A stretch of DNA of 64,000 nucleotides from an uncultured Bacilli bacterium (GTDB taxonomy: Bacteria > Bacillota_I > Bacilli_A > RF39 > UBA660): assembly GCA_947589515.1 (NCBI GenBank), contig CANQBE010000002.1, forward strand, positions 114-64,113, written 5' to 3'. Below are positions 1 to 12,046 of the stretch, piece by piece. Made by a program: the position numbers and the translations under genes. The notes under the pieces are model-generated. The model saw only the letters and a list, made by a program, of their open reading frames with translations, had not been told where the DNA came from and made no database searches. The stretch's first letter is position 1; every line of letters begins with the position of its first letter.

Positions 1-8
1 AATCTTTG

Positions 9-37
9 TTGACTTTTGCTAACAAGTTGAATATAAT
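9..37 (+). promoter_or_regulatory. sigma-A-type promoter for the hrcA operon: TTGACT at 9-14, a 17-nt spacer, TATAAT at 32-37
   Basis: Near-consensus -35 and -10 hexamers with 17-nt spacing, immediately upstream of the CIRCE element and the hrcA RBS (AGGAGG at 71-76). Confidence 0.5.
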
Positions 38-41
38 GATA

Positions 42-68
42 TTAGCACTTGAGAAATATTAGTGCTAA
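42..68 (+). promoter_or_regulatory. CIRCE operator (HrcA binding site): TTAGCACTT-N9-TAGTGCTAA
   Basis: Inverted repeat matching the CIRCE consensus TTAGCACTC-N9-GAGTGCTAA. It sits between the promoter and hrcA, the classic position in hrcA-grpE-dnaK operons. Confidence 0.8.
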
Positions 69-82
69 CTAGGAGGTAAGTG

Positions 83-1069
83 ATGCTAAGCGAAAGACAA
101 GAAAAAATTTTAAAGTTAATCATCACAGAATATATTAAACTCGCAAAACCAGTTGGTTCTAATTTAATATGTAAGGAACTAAAATGTTCTAGTGCTACTG
201 TTCGTAATGAAATGGCATCTTTAGAGGAATTAGGACTATTAGAAAAAACACATACCTCATCAGGTAGAATTCCTAGTGAAAAAGGATACCGCTATTATGT
301 AGATCATTTAATGAAGCCGAAAGAATTAAATGGTGAAGATATGCTAAAACTACAGATTATCTTCAACAATCAGCAATTAGAATTAGCAGATTATTTAAGT
401 GAAAGTTTAAAATTAATTGCGGATATGACCAGTTATACATCGATTGTGTTAGGAGGTACCAGTCACGACAATAAATTAAAAGAAATTAGTGTAGTTCCCA
501 TTGATGCCGAAAATTTAATCATTATTGTAGTAACAGATAAAGGACATGTAGAAAATAAAAAAGTATATCTAAAAAATGTATCATTAGAAGAAATTAAAAA
601 AACAGTAAACTTAATTAATGATTTAATTGTAGGAACGCCAATCGATGAAGTAAGTAGTAAACTAGAATTTGAAATTAAGCCTATTATTGGTCGATACGTA
701 AAAGAACATGAAATGGTTTACAATACTTTTTATCAAGTATTTAAAGATTTTTCTAGTAAAAATGTAAATGTAGTTGGTAAAAATAATATTTTAAAACAAC
801 CAGAATTCAATAATATCGAAAAAATTCAAAATATTTTTGGAAAACTAGAAAATCAAAAAGAAATCATCGATAATATTACAGAAGAAAATAATGATATTAA
901 AATCTATATAGGAAAAGAAAATAATCTAGATGATGAAGTAACGGTAATTAAAACAAAATATCATTCTAAAGGAGAAGAAGGAACGATTGCCATCGTTGGT
1001 CCTAAACGAATGGACTATGATAGGGTAGTAACTCTTTTAGAGTACATTAAGGAAAATATAGAAAAATAG
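83..1069 (+). CDS. hrcA: heat-inducible transcription repressor HrcA
   Basis: First gene of the hrcA-grpE-dnaK cluster, directly behind CIRCE. A winged-helix-like N-terminus and a length of about 328 aa fit HrcA. ATG at 83 lies 6 nt after AGGAGG; the ORF track starts at GTG 80. Confidence 0.85.
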   Translation: MLSERQEKILKLIITEYIKLAKPVGSNLICKELKCSSATVRNEMASLEELGLLEKTHTSSGRIPSEKGYRYYVDHLMKPKELNGEDMLKLQIIFNNQQLELADYLSESLKLIADMTSYTSIVLGGTSHDNKLKEISVVPIDAENLIIIVVTDKGHVENKKVYLKNVSLEEIKKTVNLINDLIVGTPIDEVSSKLEFEIKPIIGRYVKEHEMVYNTFYQVFKDFSSKNVNVVGKNNILKQPEFNNIEKIQNIFGKLENQKEIIDNITEENNDIKIYIGKENNLDDEVTVIKTKYHSKGEEGTIAIVGPKRMDYDRVVTLLEYIKENIEK

Positions 1070-1078
1070 GAGAGCGAC

Positions 1079-3534
<2,456 letters not shown>

Positions 3535-3546
3535 AAAGTAATAAGT

Positions 3547-3576
3547 AACTAAGTTCTAGAATTCTAGAACTTAGTT
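3547..3576 (+). terminator. 30-bp perfect palindrome (AACTAAGTTCTAGAATTCTAGAACTTAGTT) followed by a T-rich tract; rho-independent terminator after dnaK
   Basis: Perfect inverted repeat centred on GAATTC, followed by GTTTGTT, immediately after the dnaK stop. Confidence 0.7.
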
Positions 3577-3606
3577 GTTTGTTATCAATCATAATAAGGA
3601 GAAAGA

Positions 3607-5400
3607 ATGGAAAAAGAATTATTGCGTAGTGAACAGAAAGTAGAAAATACTTGGAATTTGGAAAGTATTTATGAAAATATCGATAAATACCAACAAGATT
3701 ATGAGTTAGTAAAAACCTGGATAAAGGAAATCTTAACATACAAAGATCATATATTAGATAGCAGTAAATCTTTATTAGAAGTACTAGAATTAGATCAAAA
3801 AATAGATCGTACCATCAGTAAAATGGCAAACTATGCTTATCGCAAATATGATGAAGATGTATCCAATGTAAAAAGTCAGACTTTAATTGGTGCTTTTGAT
3901 CAACTATATACCGAATATAATAAAAATGGTTCTTTTATCGTTCCTGAAATATTAAAAAAAGACTATAGTGTCATTGAAAAATACATTCAGGAAGAAAAAA
4001 AATTAGAAGAATATCGTTTATTACTAGAACGTATTTTTAGAAATAAAGAACACATTTTATCGGAAAAAGAAGAAAAAATCTTATCCTCTATGCAAATGAT
4101 TAATTCAGAACCAGAAAAGATCGCAGGAATTATTAGAGATTCTGAACTACAATTTGGAACCATTATCGATTCTGATGGCAAAGAAATTAAATTAAATAAT
4201 GAAAATATCATGGTTTACTTAAAAAGTACGGATAGAAGGGTAAGAAAAGATACTTTTGAAACATTATATCAATCCTATGAAAAATATAAAGAAACTTTAG
4301 CAGAAACCTTACAAGGACATGTTATGGTACTATCTAATTCTGCTAAACTAAGAGGTTTTAAGAGTAGTAAAGAAGCTAGTCTCTTCCACAATCGTGTAAA
4401 CCCAAAAGTATACGATAATTTAATTAGTACCATCCATAAAAGAATGGATGTTGTTTATGATTATTTTAAATTAAAAAAAGAAGTATTGAAACTGGATGAT
4501 TTTTGCCTATATGATACTTATGTAAATTTAGAATCTTCCCTAGATAAAACATATACTTATGAAGAAGCCAAAAAAATGGTACTAGAAGTAGTAAGCGTCT
4601 TTGGAGAAGAATATCAAGAAGTCGTAAAAAATGCTTTTCAAAATCGTTGGATTGATATCTATCCAAATAAAGGGAAAAGGGGAGGAGCTTATTCTTCCGG
4701 TAGTTATGATACCTATCCCTTTATCTTATTAAATTTTCAAGGAAATTATCACGATGTATCGACACTTGCTCATGAAATGGGACATTCTATGCATAGTTAT
4801 TTTTCTAATCAAAACAATCCTTATTTATATAGTGGTTATAAAATTTTTGTTGCTGAAGTAGCATCAACAGTAAATGAAATGTTATTGAATTACTATATGT
4901 TAGAACATGCTACTAGTAAAGAAGAAAAACGTGCGATTCTAAGCGAGATGATGGATTTATTTAAAAGTACCATTTATCGTCAGACAATGTTTAGTGAATT
5001 TGAAGAATATATTTTTCAAGAATATGAAAAAGGTACAGTTCTAACGAATGAATTATTATCAAATAAATACTATGAATTAAATCAAGAATACTTTGGAAAG
5101 GATGTTATCATCAATCCCGAAATTCGTTATGAATGGGAAAGAATTCCACATTTCTATTACGATTTTTACGTATATCAATATGCAACAGGATTATCAGCTG
5201 CCTGTTATATTGTAAATCGAATTAGAAATCAGGAACAAAATGCAGTAACGGATTATCTTAACTTTTTAAAAACAGGAGATTCAATGGATCCAGTTGAGGA
5301 ATTAAAGGTGGCTGGTGTCGATATGTTAGATGAAAAGGTTATCAGTAAAGCCATTGATATGTTTCAAGAATTAATTGATGAATATAGATCCTTGATGTAA
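3607..5400 (+). CDS. pepF: oligoendopeptidase F (M3B family)
   Basis: HEMGH zinc-binding motif (HEMGHSMH); a length of about 597 aa and overall M3B PepF-like composition. Confidence 0.85.
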   Translation: MEKELLRSEQKVENTWNLESIYENIDKYQQDYELVKTWIKEILTYKDHILDSSKSLLEVLELDQKIDRTISKMANYAYRKYDEDVSNVKSQTLIGAFDQLYTEYNKNGSFIVPEILKKDYSVIEKYIQEEKKLEEYRLLLERIFRNKEHILSEKEEKILSSMQMINSEPEKIAGIIRDSELQFGTIIDSDGKEIKLNNENIMVYLKSTDRRVRKDTFETLYQSYEKYKETLAETLQGHVMVLSNSAKLRGFKSSKEASLFHNRVNPKVYDNLISTIHKRMDVVYDYFKLKKEVLKLDDFCLYDTYVNLESSLDKTYTYEEAKKMVLEVVSVFGEEYQEVVKNAFQNRWIDIYPNKGKRGGAYSSGSYDTYPFILLNFQGNYHDVSTLAHEMGHSMHSYFSNQNNPYLYSGYKIFVAEVASTVNEMLLNYYMLEHATSKEEKRAILSEMMDLFKSTIYRQTMFSEFEEYIFQEYEKGTVLTNELLSNKYYELNQEYFGKDVIINPEIRYEWERIPHFYYDFYVYQYATGLSAACYIVNRIRNQEQNAVTDYLNFLKTGDSMDPVEELKVAGVDMLDEKVISKAIDMFQELIDEYRSLM

Positions 5401-5413
5401 GAGGTGAATAAAG

Positions 5414-6535
5414 ATGGATAAAAAAGACTATTATGAAGTCTTGGGAGTAGACAAAAACGCAAGTCAAGATGAGATTAAAAGTGCTTTTCGAAAATTAGCA
5501 AAAAAATATCATCCAGATGTCAGTAAAGAACCAGATGCCGAGGAAAAATTTAAAGAAGCACAGGAGGCTTATGCTGTTTTATCTGATGAAGAAAAAAGAC
5601 GTCAATACGATCAATTTGGTCATGCTGCTTTCCAAAATGGTGGGGCAGGTAGCGGATTTGGTGGCTTTGATTTTTCAGGCTTTGATTATGGAGATATTTT
5701 CGATAATATCTTTGGTAGTTTCGGTGGAGGTTTTGGAACACATTCCAATAGTAGTCGAGCACGTCGTGGCAGTGACTCTTTAATGCGAATGAAACTTTCT
5801 TTTGAAGAAGCCGTCTTTGGATGTAAAAAAGATATTGATGTAGAAGTTGTAGAAGAGTGTAGTGAATGTAATGGAAAAGGTGGTTTTGGAGAAACAACCT
5901 GTGATAAATGCCATGGTAGTGGTACCATTACAAGTGAACAACATACCATTTTTGGAAGTTTCCTATCCAAAACAACTTGTCCGAAATGTGAAGGTGTTGG
6001 AAAAACTTATGATCGAATTTGTAATCATTGCCATGGAAATGGACGTATTAAAGTAAATAAAGAGTTAGAGATTAAAATTCCTGCTGGTGTCGATACCGGA
6101 AGTAGATTGAAATTATCTGGAAAAGGCTCTGCTGGTACGAATGGTGGTCCTAATGGCGATTTATATATTGAATTTAATGTAAGTGATCATGAATTTTTCA
6201 TCCGTGATAACAATGATATTTATATTGAAGCACCTATTACAATAACAGAAGCGATTTTAGGATGTAAAAAAGAAATTCCTACTTTATATGGAAATGTAAC
6301 GTTATCCATTCCTGCTGGTAGTGAATCAGGAGAAAAACATCGTATCAAAGGAAAAGGAATTAATAATGAAGCAACTCATAAAAAAGGAGATATGTACATC
6401 GTATTAAAAATTGTAACTCCTAAGAAATTATCAAAAGAACAAAAAACTCTATTAGAACAGTTAAATAAAACAGATTTATCAGATGATAATGACATCAAAG
6501 AATTTGAACGATTTGTAAAAAAGAATAACAGATAA
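5414..6535 (+). CDS. dnaJ: molecular chaperone DnaJ
   Basis: J-domain (YYEVLGV..HPD), a Gly/Phe-rich region, and four CxxCxGxG zinc-finger repeats ([32 protein letters not shown]). Confidence 0.93.
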   Translation: MDKKDYYEVLGVDKNASQDEIKSAFRKLAKKYHPDVSKEPDAEEKFKEAQEAYAVLSDEEKRRQYDQFGHAAFQNGGAGSGFGGFDFSGFDYGDIFDNIFGSFGGGFGTHSNSSRARRGSDSLMRMKLSFEEAVFGCKKDIDVEVVEECSECNGKGGFGETTCDKCHGSGTITSEQHTIFGSFLSKTTCPKCEGVGKTYDRICNHCHGNGRIKVNKELEIKIPAGVDTGSRLKLSGKGSAGTNGGPNGDLYIEFNVSDHEFFIRDNNDIYIEAPITITEAILGCKKEIPTLYGNVTLSIPAGSESGEKHRIKGKGINNEATHKKGDMYIVLKIVTPKKLSKEQKTLLEQLNKTDLSDDNDIKEFERFVKKNNR

Positions 6536-6550
6536 TAAATGTAAATGATA

Positions 6551-6587
6551 AAAAACAATATCATAAAAATTGATATTGTTTTTTTAT
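6551..6587. terminator. bidirectional hairpin terminator between the convergent dnaJ and rarA genes
   Basis: AAACAATATCA ... TGATATTGTTT stem flanked by an A-run on one side and a T-run on the other. Confidence 0.55.
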
Positions 6588-6625
6588 GTTATTTTTTTAA
6601 AAATACCTTTTTCATCAAGCCAAAT

Positions 6626-7882
6626 CTATGATGGATTGTCTTTTTCATCTTTTCTTACGTTTTCATATTCTTGTTTGATTTTATCTAATTTTTCACGAAT
6701 CTGTTTTAGCATTCTTTCATTAGGAGAAGTATCTTGAGGATGAAAATATTTTTTACCAATCAGATTATCTGGTAAGTATTGCTGTACTACAAAATGATTT
6801 GGGAAATCATGAGGATACTGATAAATAGTGGAATGAATTTTAATCGTATCTGGAACATCTCCACATCGACCCGTTTCCACATCACTAATTGCTTGATCTA
6901 GGGCTAAATGAGAGGAATTTGACTTGGGAGATAGTGCCATTTGTACCACAATATCGCCAAGAGGAATCCGAGCTTCCGGTAATCCAACTAATTCACTAGC
7001 AGATATTGCTGCCATGACCCTAGGACCAATATCAGGATTGGCAAGTCCAATATCTTCATAAGCAATAACACTCATTCTTCGATAAATACTATCTAAATCA
7101 CCAATTTCAATTAATCGTGCCAAATAGTGTAGGGAAGCATCAACATCGCTTCCACGAATCGATTTTTGAAAAGCAGAGAGTAAATCATAATGACCAGCTT
7201 CATCTTTATCGGAAACAATGACAGGTTTACTATGAATTGTTTTTAATAATTCAACCGTTATTTTTTTATCACTACTAGAATAATAGGCAAGTTCTAGCAA
7301 ATTATATGCATATCTTAAATCACTTCCCGCCAAAGTAGCAATATGTTCTAAGGCTTGATGATGAATTTGAATACCCTTTAAATCCGGATGCTTGCAAGCT
7401 CTTTTTAATCCTTGAATAATATCTTCTTTTTCTAAATCTTTTAATTCAAAAATATGACATCTACTACGAATAGCAGGATTAATTTTAAAATAAGGATTAG
7501 ATGTTGTCATTCCAATTAAAGTAATTAAACCACTTTCTAACTGTGGTAAAAGTAAATCTTGTTTATCTTTATTTAAACGATGAATTTCATCCATAATTAA
7601 TACTAATCCATCATACATTTTTGCTTCTTCGACAACGACATCAAAATCTTTTTTATTATTCATGGTAGCATTTAAAAAACGATAATGAACTCCCAAATCT
7701 TTCACAATAGCATTGGCAATAGAAGTTTTTCCAATTCCTGGATGTCCATATAAAATCATGGAAAATATTTTTTTATTTTCTACTAAATTTCTTAGTATCT
7801 TTCCTTTTCCTAATAAATGTTGTTGCCCAATAACTTCATCTATAGAGTTAGGGGCCATTTTTAAAGCTAATGGTTTTTCCAT
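6626..7882 (-). CDS. rarA: replication-associated recombination protein A (RarA/MgsA AAA+ ATPase)
   Basis: Walker A GHPGIGKTS, Walker B LIMDEIHRLN, and a MgsA-type C-terminal helical domain; about 418 aa. Confidence 0.85.
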   Translation of the reverse strand: MEKPLALKMAPNSIDEVIGQQHLLGKGKILRNLVENKKIFSMILYGHPGIGKTSIANAIVKDLGVHYRFLNATMNNKKDFDVVVEEAKMYDGLVLIMDEIHRLNKDKQDLLLPQLESGLITLIGMTTSNPYFKINPAIRSRCHIFELKDLEKEDIIQGLKRACKHPDLKGIQIHHQALEHIATLAGSDLRYAYNLLELAYYSSSDKKITVELLKTIHSKPVIVSDKDEAGHYDLLSAFQKSIRGSDVDASLHYLARLIEIGDLDSIYRRMSVIAYEDIGLANPDIGPRVMAAISASELVGLPEARIPLGDIVVQMALSPKSNSSHLALDQAISDVETGRCGDVPDTIKIHSTIYQYPHDFPNHFVVQQYLPDNLIGKKYFHPQDTSPNERMLKQIREKLDKIKQEYENVRKDEKDNPS

Positions 7883-7937
7883 ATTATCACCACAAACTTA
7901 TTGTATCAAATTATGACATAAAATACTATAAAATAAA

Positions 7938-7975
7938 AAGAAGAAAAAGAAAAAATCTCTAAACCAAGAGATTTT
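7938..7975 (-). terminator. rho-independent terminator after the GspE-like ATPase gene
   Basis: Hairpin AAATCTCT-AAACCA-AGAGATTT with a T-run on the minus strand, directly after the stop at 7975. Confidence 0.55.
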
Positions 7976-9201
7976 TATGATAGAGTAGAAAGTTCTGCAA
8001 TTTTAGTATCTAAGTCATCTTCAATTTCAATCAATTTATAAATTTCTTCAAAAGTAGTATAGCCCTTTAAAACTTTATCTAACCCATCCTGTAATAGGGT
8101 AATTGTATGATCTTCCCCATATACCATTTGTCTTAAATCTTCTTTTTTTAAATTTTCATTACTTAATTGATCTCTTAATTCTTCATCAATTAATAATACT
8201 TCTTGTATCGCAATTCTGCCATGATATCCATTGGAGCATTGATCACACTTACCAGTATCCCAAATCTCAATGACATCTTTATCTAATACATTCTTAAAAA
8301 TTTGTTTTTCAAATGGGGTAGTTGGTCTTAACTTACGACAATGTGGGCAAAGTCTTCTAGCAAGTTTTTGTGAAACAATTCCTTCCAAAGCACTCGATAA
8401 TAAATATCTTTCAACATCCATATCCAATAATCTCTCAATCGTACTTAAAGAATTATTCGTATGGATAGTAGATAAAACCAAATGTCCTGTAATAGAAGCA
8501 CGTACAGCAATTTGAGCCGTTTCGGAATCACGAATTTCTCCAATTAAAATAATGTTAGGATCTTGTCTTAAAATAGAACGTAAAACATTAGCAAACGTAA
8601 GACCAATATCAGCATTTACTTGTACTTGATTAATTCCTTCAATATTCATTTCAATTGGGTCTTCTACTGTAATGATGTTGGTTTCTTCTTTATTTAATTC
8701 TTGTAACATAGAGTAAGTAGTCGTAGATTTACCACTACCAGTTGCACCGGTAACCAAAATAATTCCATTCGGAACAGATAACATTTTTTCAATTTTTTGA
8801 TAATTTTTAGGAGAAAAATCTAAACTTTTTAATCCCTCTAAACTCATACTATAATCGAGAATACGAATAACGGCTTTTTCTCCTTCATTAGTAGGTAAAA
8901 CAGAAACACGCATATCTAAATCCATATTATCAATTCTACCTTTAATAGCACCATCTTGAGGAAGACGATTTTCCGTAATATTCATACCAGAAATTAATTT
9001 TACTCTAGTAATCAAATTTCTTTCAGTAGATTTCGGAATAATCGCATGATCTCTCAAATCACCATCAATACGCATTCTAATTTTTAATCCATCTTCAGTA
9101 GGATCAAAATGAATATCAGAAGCTCTTGATTTTACACCAGTAATGATAATTTGATTCACCAAATCAACGATTGGTATCTTTTCTACATCATAATTTGTCA
9201 T
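7975..9201 (-). CDS. type II/IV secretion-family ATPase (GspE/PilB/ComGA-like)
   Basis: GspE N-domain (ASDIHFDP), Walker A VTGATGSGKSTT, His box, and a C-terminal tetracysteine CPHC...CDQC. At 408 aa it lacks a long N1 domain, which is ComGA-like. Confidence 0.8.
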   Translation of the reverse strand: MTNYDVEKIPIVDLVNQIIITGVKSRASDIHFDPTEDGLKIRMRIDGDLRDHAIIPKSTERNLITRVKLISGMNITENRLPQDGAIKGRIDNMDLDMRVSVLPTNEGEKAVIRILDYSMSLEGLKSLDFSPKNYQKIEKMLSVPNGIILVTGATGSGKSTTTYSMLQELNKEETNIITVEDPIEMNIEGINQVQVNADIGLTFANVLRSILRQDPNIILIGEIRDSETAQIAVRASITGHLVLSTIHTNNSLSTIERLLDMDVERYLLSSALEGIVSQKLARRLCPHCRKLRPTTPFEKQIFKNVLDKDVIEIWDTGKCDQCSNGYHGRIAIQEVLLIDEELRDQLSNENLKKEDLRQMVYGEDHTITLLQDGLDKVLKGYTTFEEIYKLIEIEDDLDTKIAELSTLS

Positions 9202-9286
9202 ATTTTTCCCTCAACTTTATTCTTTTTTATGGTAATTTATCCTAAACTATTATATAATATTTTTGAAATAGAATCAATAAAGGATA

Positions 9287-10453
9287 GTGAATTTTGTGAA
9301 AATATTGAATAAAAAAGGGTTTGTATTAGTAGAAACATTGATTGTTACAGTATTTATAGTAACTTTATTTATTTTTGTATATCAAAATCTAGTTCCCCAT
9401 ATAGGTGAATATGAAAAAATGGAAACTTATGATGATATTGATAGCGTATATGCAAGTAATATTTATAAACAAACACTATTAAGATATGGAAATCTAGACT
9501 ATATTGATTCTTATTTAGCGACTCATACTTATATAGATATTACGGATTGCAACGATACAAACATTTATCGAAATGCTGCTTATTGTATGAAATTAAAAAA
9601 GGCTCTTAGTATTTTAGATGATGATTACATCTTTCTGACCAATTATGATATCAGTAGTTTTCGAGAAGAAGTAAATGAAAATGAATTTTTTGATTCCGGT
9701 AAATTAAGCAATTTTAAAAGTTACATTCATACCATTAGTAATGTAGATTCTTTCTACTCACAAAATAAAAATCCTAATTTGACAGGAAAGTATCGATTAT
9801 TTTTAACAAGAACAGTCATCAATCGTGATACAACAACATTAAAGTATACCAATATTGGAATTTTTACCGGTAGTCATCAACAATACTATGCTGGAGATTC
9901 CATTATCTTTGATCCTGGTGATGGTCCTAAAGGCTTTTATGTATTAAAAAATAGTCCTGCAACCGAAGATAAAGTAACATTAATTCTAGAACAAAATTTA
10001 AGCGGTACAACGGCCTTTAATTCGACTGGGGATAATCAAACACCAGATTTAGCTTTAAGCTTTTTAAAAAATAATACTTCACAATGGACTAATACCGAAT
10101 TACTAACGGCAAGTGATCAATATACATCGGAAAGTGGTTATACCATTTCTTATAATGGTTATCATGCTAGATTATTAGATGAAAATGACATTTACACGAT
10201 ATTAGGATGTAGTAATAGTCATACATGCTTTAATGTTAATAATTTATTTGATAGTCCTTTTGATGTCAATACCTTAGGATGGCTATCTAAAAATTTATCA
10301 GCAAATCAAGGATATTGGTTAGCAAGTAGTGTAGTACAAAGTACAGATACAGCATGGACTGTACAACCTGGCAAAGTAACGCCCGTTTTAAGTAATACCA
10401 CAACCATGGGTGTAAGACCAGTCATTGTGGTATCCAAAGATAAATTATTATAA
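9287..10453 (+). CDS. type IV pilin-like protein (class III signal peptide KKGFVLVETLIV), large 388-aa form
   Basis: Prepilin peptidase motif G/FxxxE with Glu at +5, a hydrophobic alpha1 helix, and two Cys pairs in the C-terminal globular part. Confidence 0.6.
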   Translation: MNFVKILNKKGFVLVETLIVTVFIVTLFIFVYQNLVPHIGEYEKMETYDDIDSVYASNIYKQTLLRYGNLDYIDSYLATHTYIDITDCNDTNIYRNAAYCMKLKKALSILDDDYIFLTNYDISSFREEVNENEFFDSGKLSNFKSYIHTISNVDSFYSQNKNPNLTGKYRLFLTRTVINRDTTTLKYTNIGIFTGSHQQYYAGDSIIFDPGDGPKGFYVLKNSPATEDKVTLILEQNLSGTTAFNSTGDNQTPDLALSFLKNNTSQWTNTELLTASDQYTSESGYTISYNGYHARLLDENDIYTILGCSNSHTCFNVNNLFDSPFDVNTLGWLSKNLSANQGYWLASSVVQSTDTAWTVQPGKVTPVLSNTTTMGVRPVIVVSKDKLL

Positions 10454-10465
10454 GTAGGTGATTCC

Positions 10466-11059
10466 ATGAAACTAAATAATAAAGGTATGAGTATTATTGA
10501 AATTGTGTTAACCTTTGCATTAATTATGGTAATAGTACTTGGATTATATAATATTGTCATGAATTATCGAGATAAGGCCAGTCGTAGTTTAGAAAAACTA
10601 GAATTAAATACTTTTAAGAACACTTTAACTGCAGATATTCAAAAAGATATTACCAACTTAGGTGTAAAGGAAATCAATACTTCAGGAGAATGCAGTACCA
10701 TTAGTGATTTAAACAAATGCATTAATATTGTGTTTCAAGATGGAAGTCAAAAAGTTTTAGGAACAGGCAAAATTAATTCAACCGATAAAAAGAGTGTAGA
10801 AAATAAATTTTTATATTATGATGGAATCAAATATAAAATGAAAGATACTTTACCAGAAAAGATTCCAAGTGGTAGAAGTTTTTTAGATTTTCAATCCATT
10901 ACCATAGAAGATAATACGATATTAAGTACCGATTCTGCTATTCTAGAAGATGGAACCACGGTATATATTTACTCAATAGATATTAATATTACCCACATAG
11001 ATTTTGAAGAAGATTTTGGAATTCATATTGTAGCAACTACGGATAATCACATCCTATAA
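10466..11059 (+). CDS. type IV pilin/pseudopilin-like protein (NKGMSIIEIV class III signal)
   Basis: G/MxxxE prepilin motif followed by a hydrophobic helix and a Cys-x9-Cys loop. It lies 12 nt downstream of the preceding pilin gene. Confidence 0.6.
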   Translation: MKLNNKGMSIIEIVLTFALIMVIVLGLYNIVMNYRDKASRSLEKLELNTFKNTLTADIQKDITNLGVKEINTSGECSTISDLNKCINIVFQDGSQKVLGTGKINSTDKKSVENKFLYYDGIKYKMKDTLPEKIPSGRSFLDFQSITIEDNTILSTDSAILEDGTTVYIYSIDINITHIDFEEDFGIHIVATTDNHIL

Positions 11060-12001
11060 GCAATCATAAATAATATAGAAAATAAATACAAAGATAACAG
11101 CTAGTAAAGCATGAAATATCCTTGCTAGTAAGAAAGAATTGTATTTTATTTTTTGGCTAGAAATAATACTTAATACTTGAGCATGAACACTGAATCCTCC
11201 AAAAGAAATAATGCCAGTCATCAAAAGAACTTTAATAATTTCAGGATAGCAAAGACTACTAGCTAATTTAACGCCTTGTGTCATTTCCAAAATTCCAGAT
11301 AAGAAAACTTGAAATAATGGAGGCAATGTAAATATATGATTGATAATCGTTGTAACAATTAAAAACATTGTAACAATACCTAAAAGTAAAAACATGGTAT
11401 TTAAACTGTCAAAAATACTAGTGGTTAAGTATTCACCAAAGGTTTTTTGAGGTTGATGTTCTTGTTTGTCATGAGAAATAGGAAAAGTAGAAGGATATCG
11501 ATAGTTCCACAAAAATCCAACAAAAAGACCACTAACAACATGAGCAATTAAAATGAAAACACCAACTACTTTATGATGAAGTAATACATTTCCAATCATT
11601 CCTAAGATAAACAAAGGGTTAGAATAATGTGTAAAAGTAAGTAATCGCTCTGCTTGTTGGGTTGTAATTTTTTTCTTTTGAACCAAATCACTAGCATATT
11701 TAGCCCCACTAGGAAAACCAGAAAAGAGGCTAGCAGCTAAAACAAACCCACATTCTCCTGGCAAATGAAAATATTTTTGCATAGGATATCTAAATACAAC
11801 ACCCATCATATCAACAAAACCGTAATTCATTAATAAATTTGATACCACAAAAAAAGGAAATAGAGTAGGGAATAAATTATCTTTCCAAATAGAAATAGAA
11901 AAGCCAACACTTTCTATCACTTCTTGAGATAACGTAATCATAAAAAATACCATTGTCAATAATAGACATATCATAATTACGGTTGGTAGTTTTTTCTTCA
12001 T
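11054..12001 (-). CDS. polytopic membrane protein with nucleoside-recognition (Gate) domains, YlbJ-like sporulation integral membrane protein
   Basis: Multiple TM helices with Gate-domain-like segments (GECGFVLAASLFSGFPSGAKY). It neighbours a ylbL-like gene as in Bacillus. Confidence 0.5.
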   Translation of the reverse strand: MKKKLPTVIMICLLLTMVFFMITLSQEVIESVGFSISIWKDNLFPTLFPFFVVSNLLMNYGFVDMMGVVFRYPMQKYFHLPGECGFVLAASLFSGFPSGAKYASDLVQKKKITTQQAERLLTFTHYSNPLFILGMIGNVLLHHKVVGVFILIAHVVSGLFVGFLWNYRYPSTFPISHDKQEHQPQKTFGEYLTTSIFDSLNTMFLLLGIVTMFLIVTTIINHIFTLPPLFQVFLSGILEMTQGVKLASSLCYPEIIKVLLMTGIISFGGFSVHAQVLSIISSQKIKYNSFLLARIFHALLAVIFVFIFYIIYDCL

Positions 12002-12046
12002 AAAACACTTTCTTTCATGCTATAATTTACTAAAAGGAATGATTTC

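Noticed and set aside
5517-6564. Five small ORFs on both strands overlapping dnaJ
   Set aside because: All lie inside the well-supported dnaJ coding region, in alternative frames or antisense.
7713-7916. 67-aa plus-strand ORF overlapping the rarA start
   Set aside because: Antisense to the rarA N-terminus, with no RBS.
8270-8515. 81-aa plus-strand ORF within the GspE-like ATPase gene
   Set aside because: Antisense to the conserved ATPase core.
10306-10560. 84-aa minus-strand ORF spanning the junction of the two pilin genes
   Set aside because: Antisense overlap with both pilin-like genes; no independent signals.
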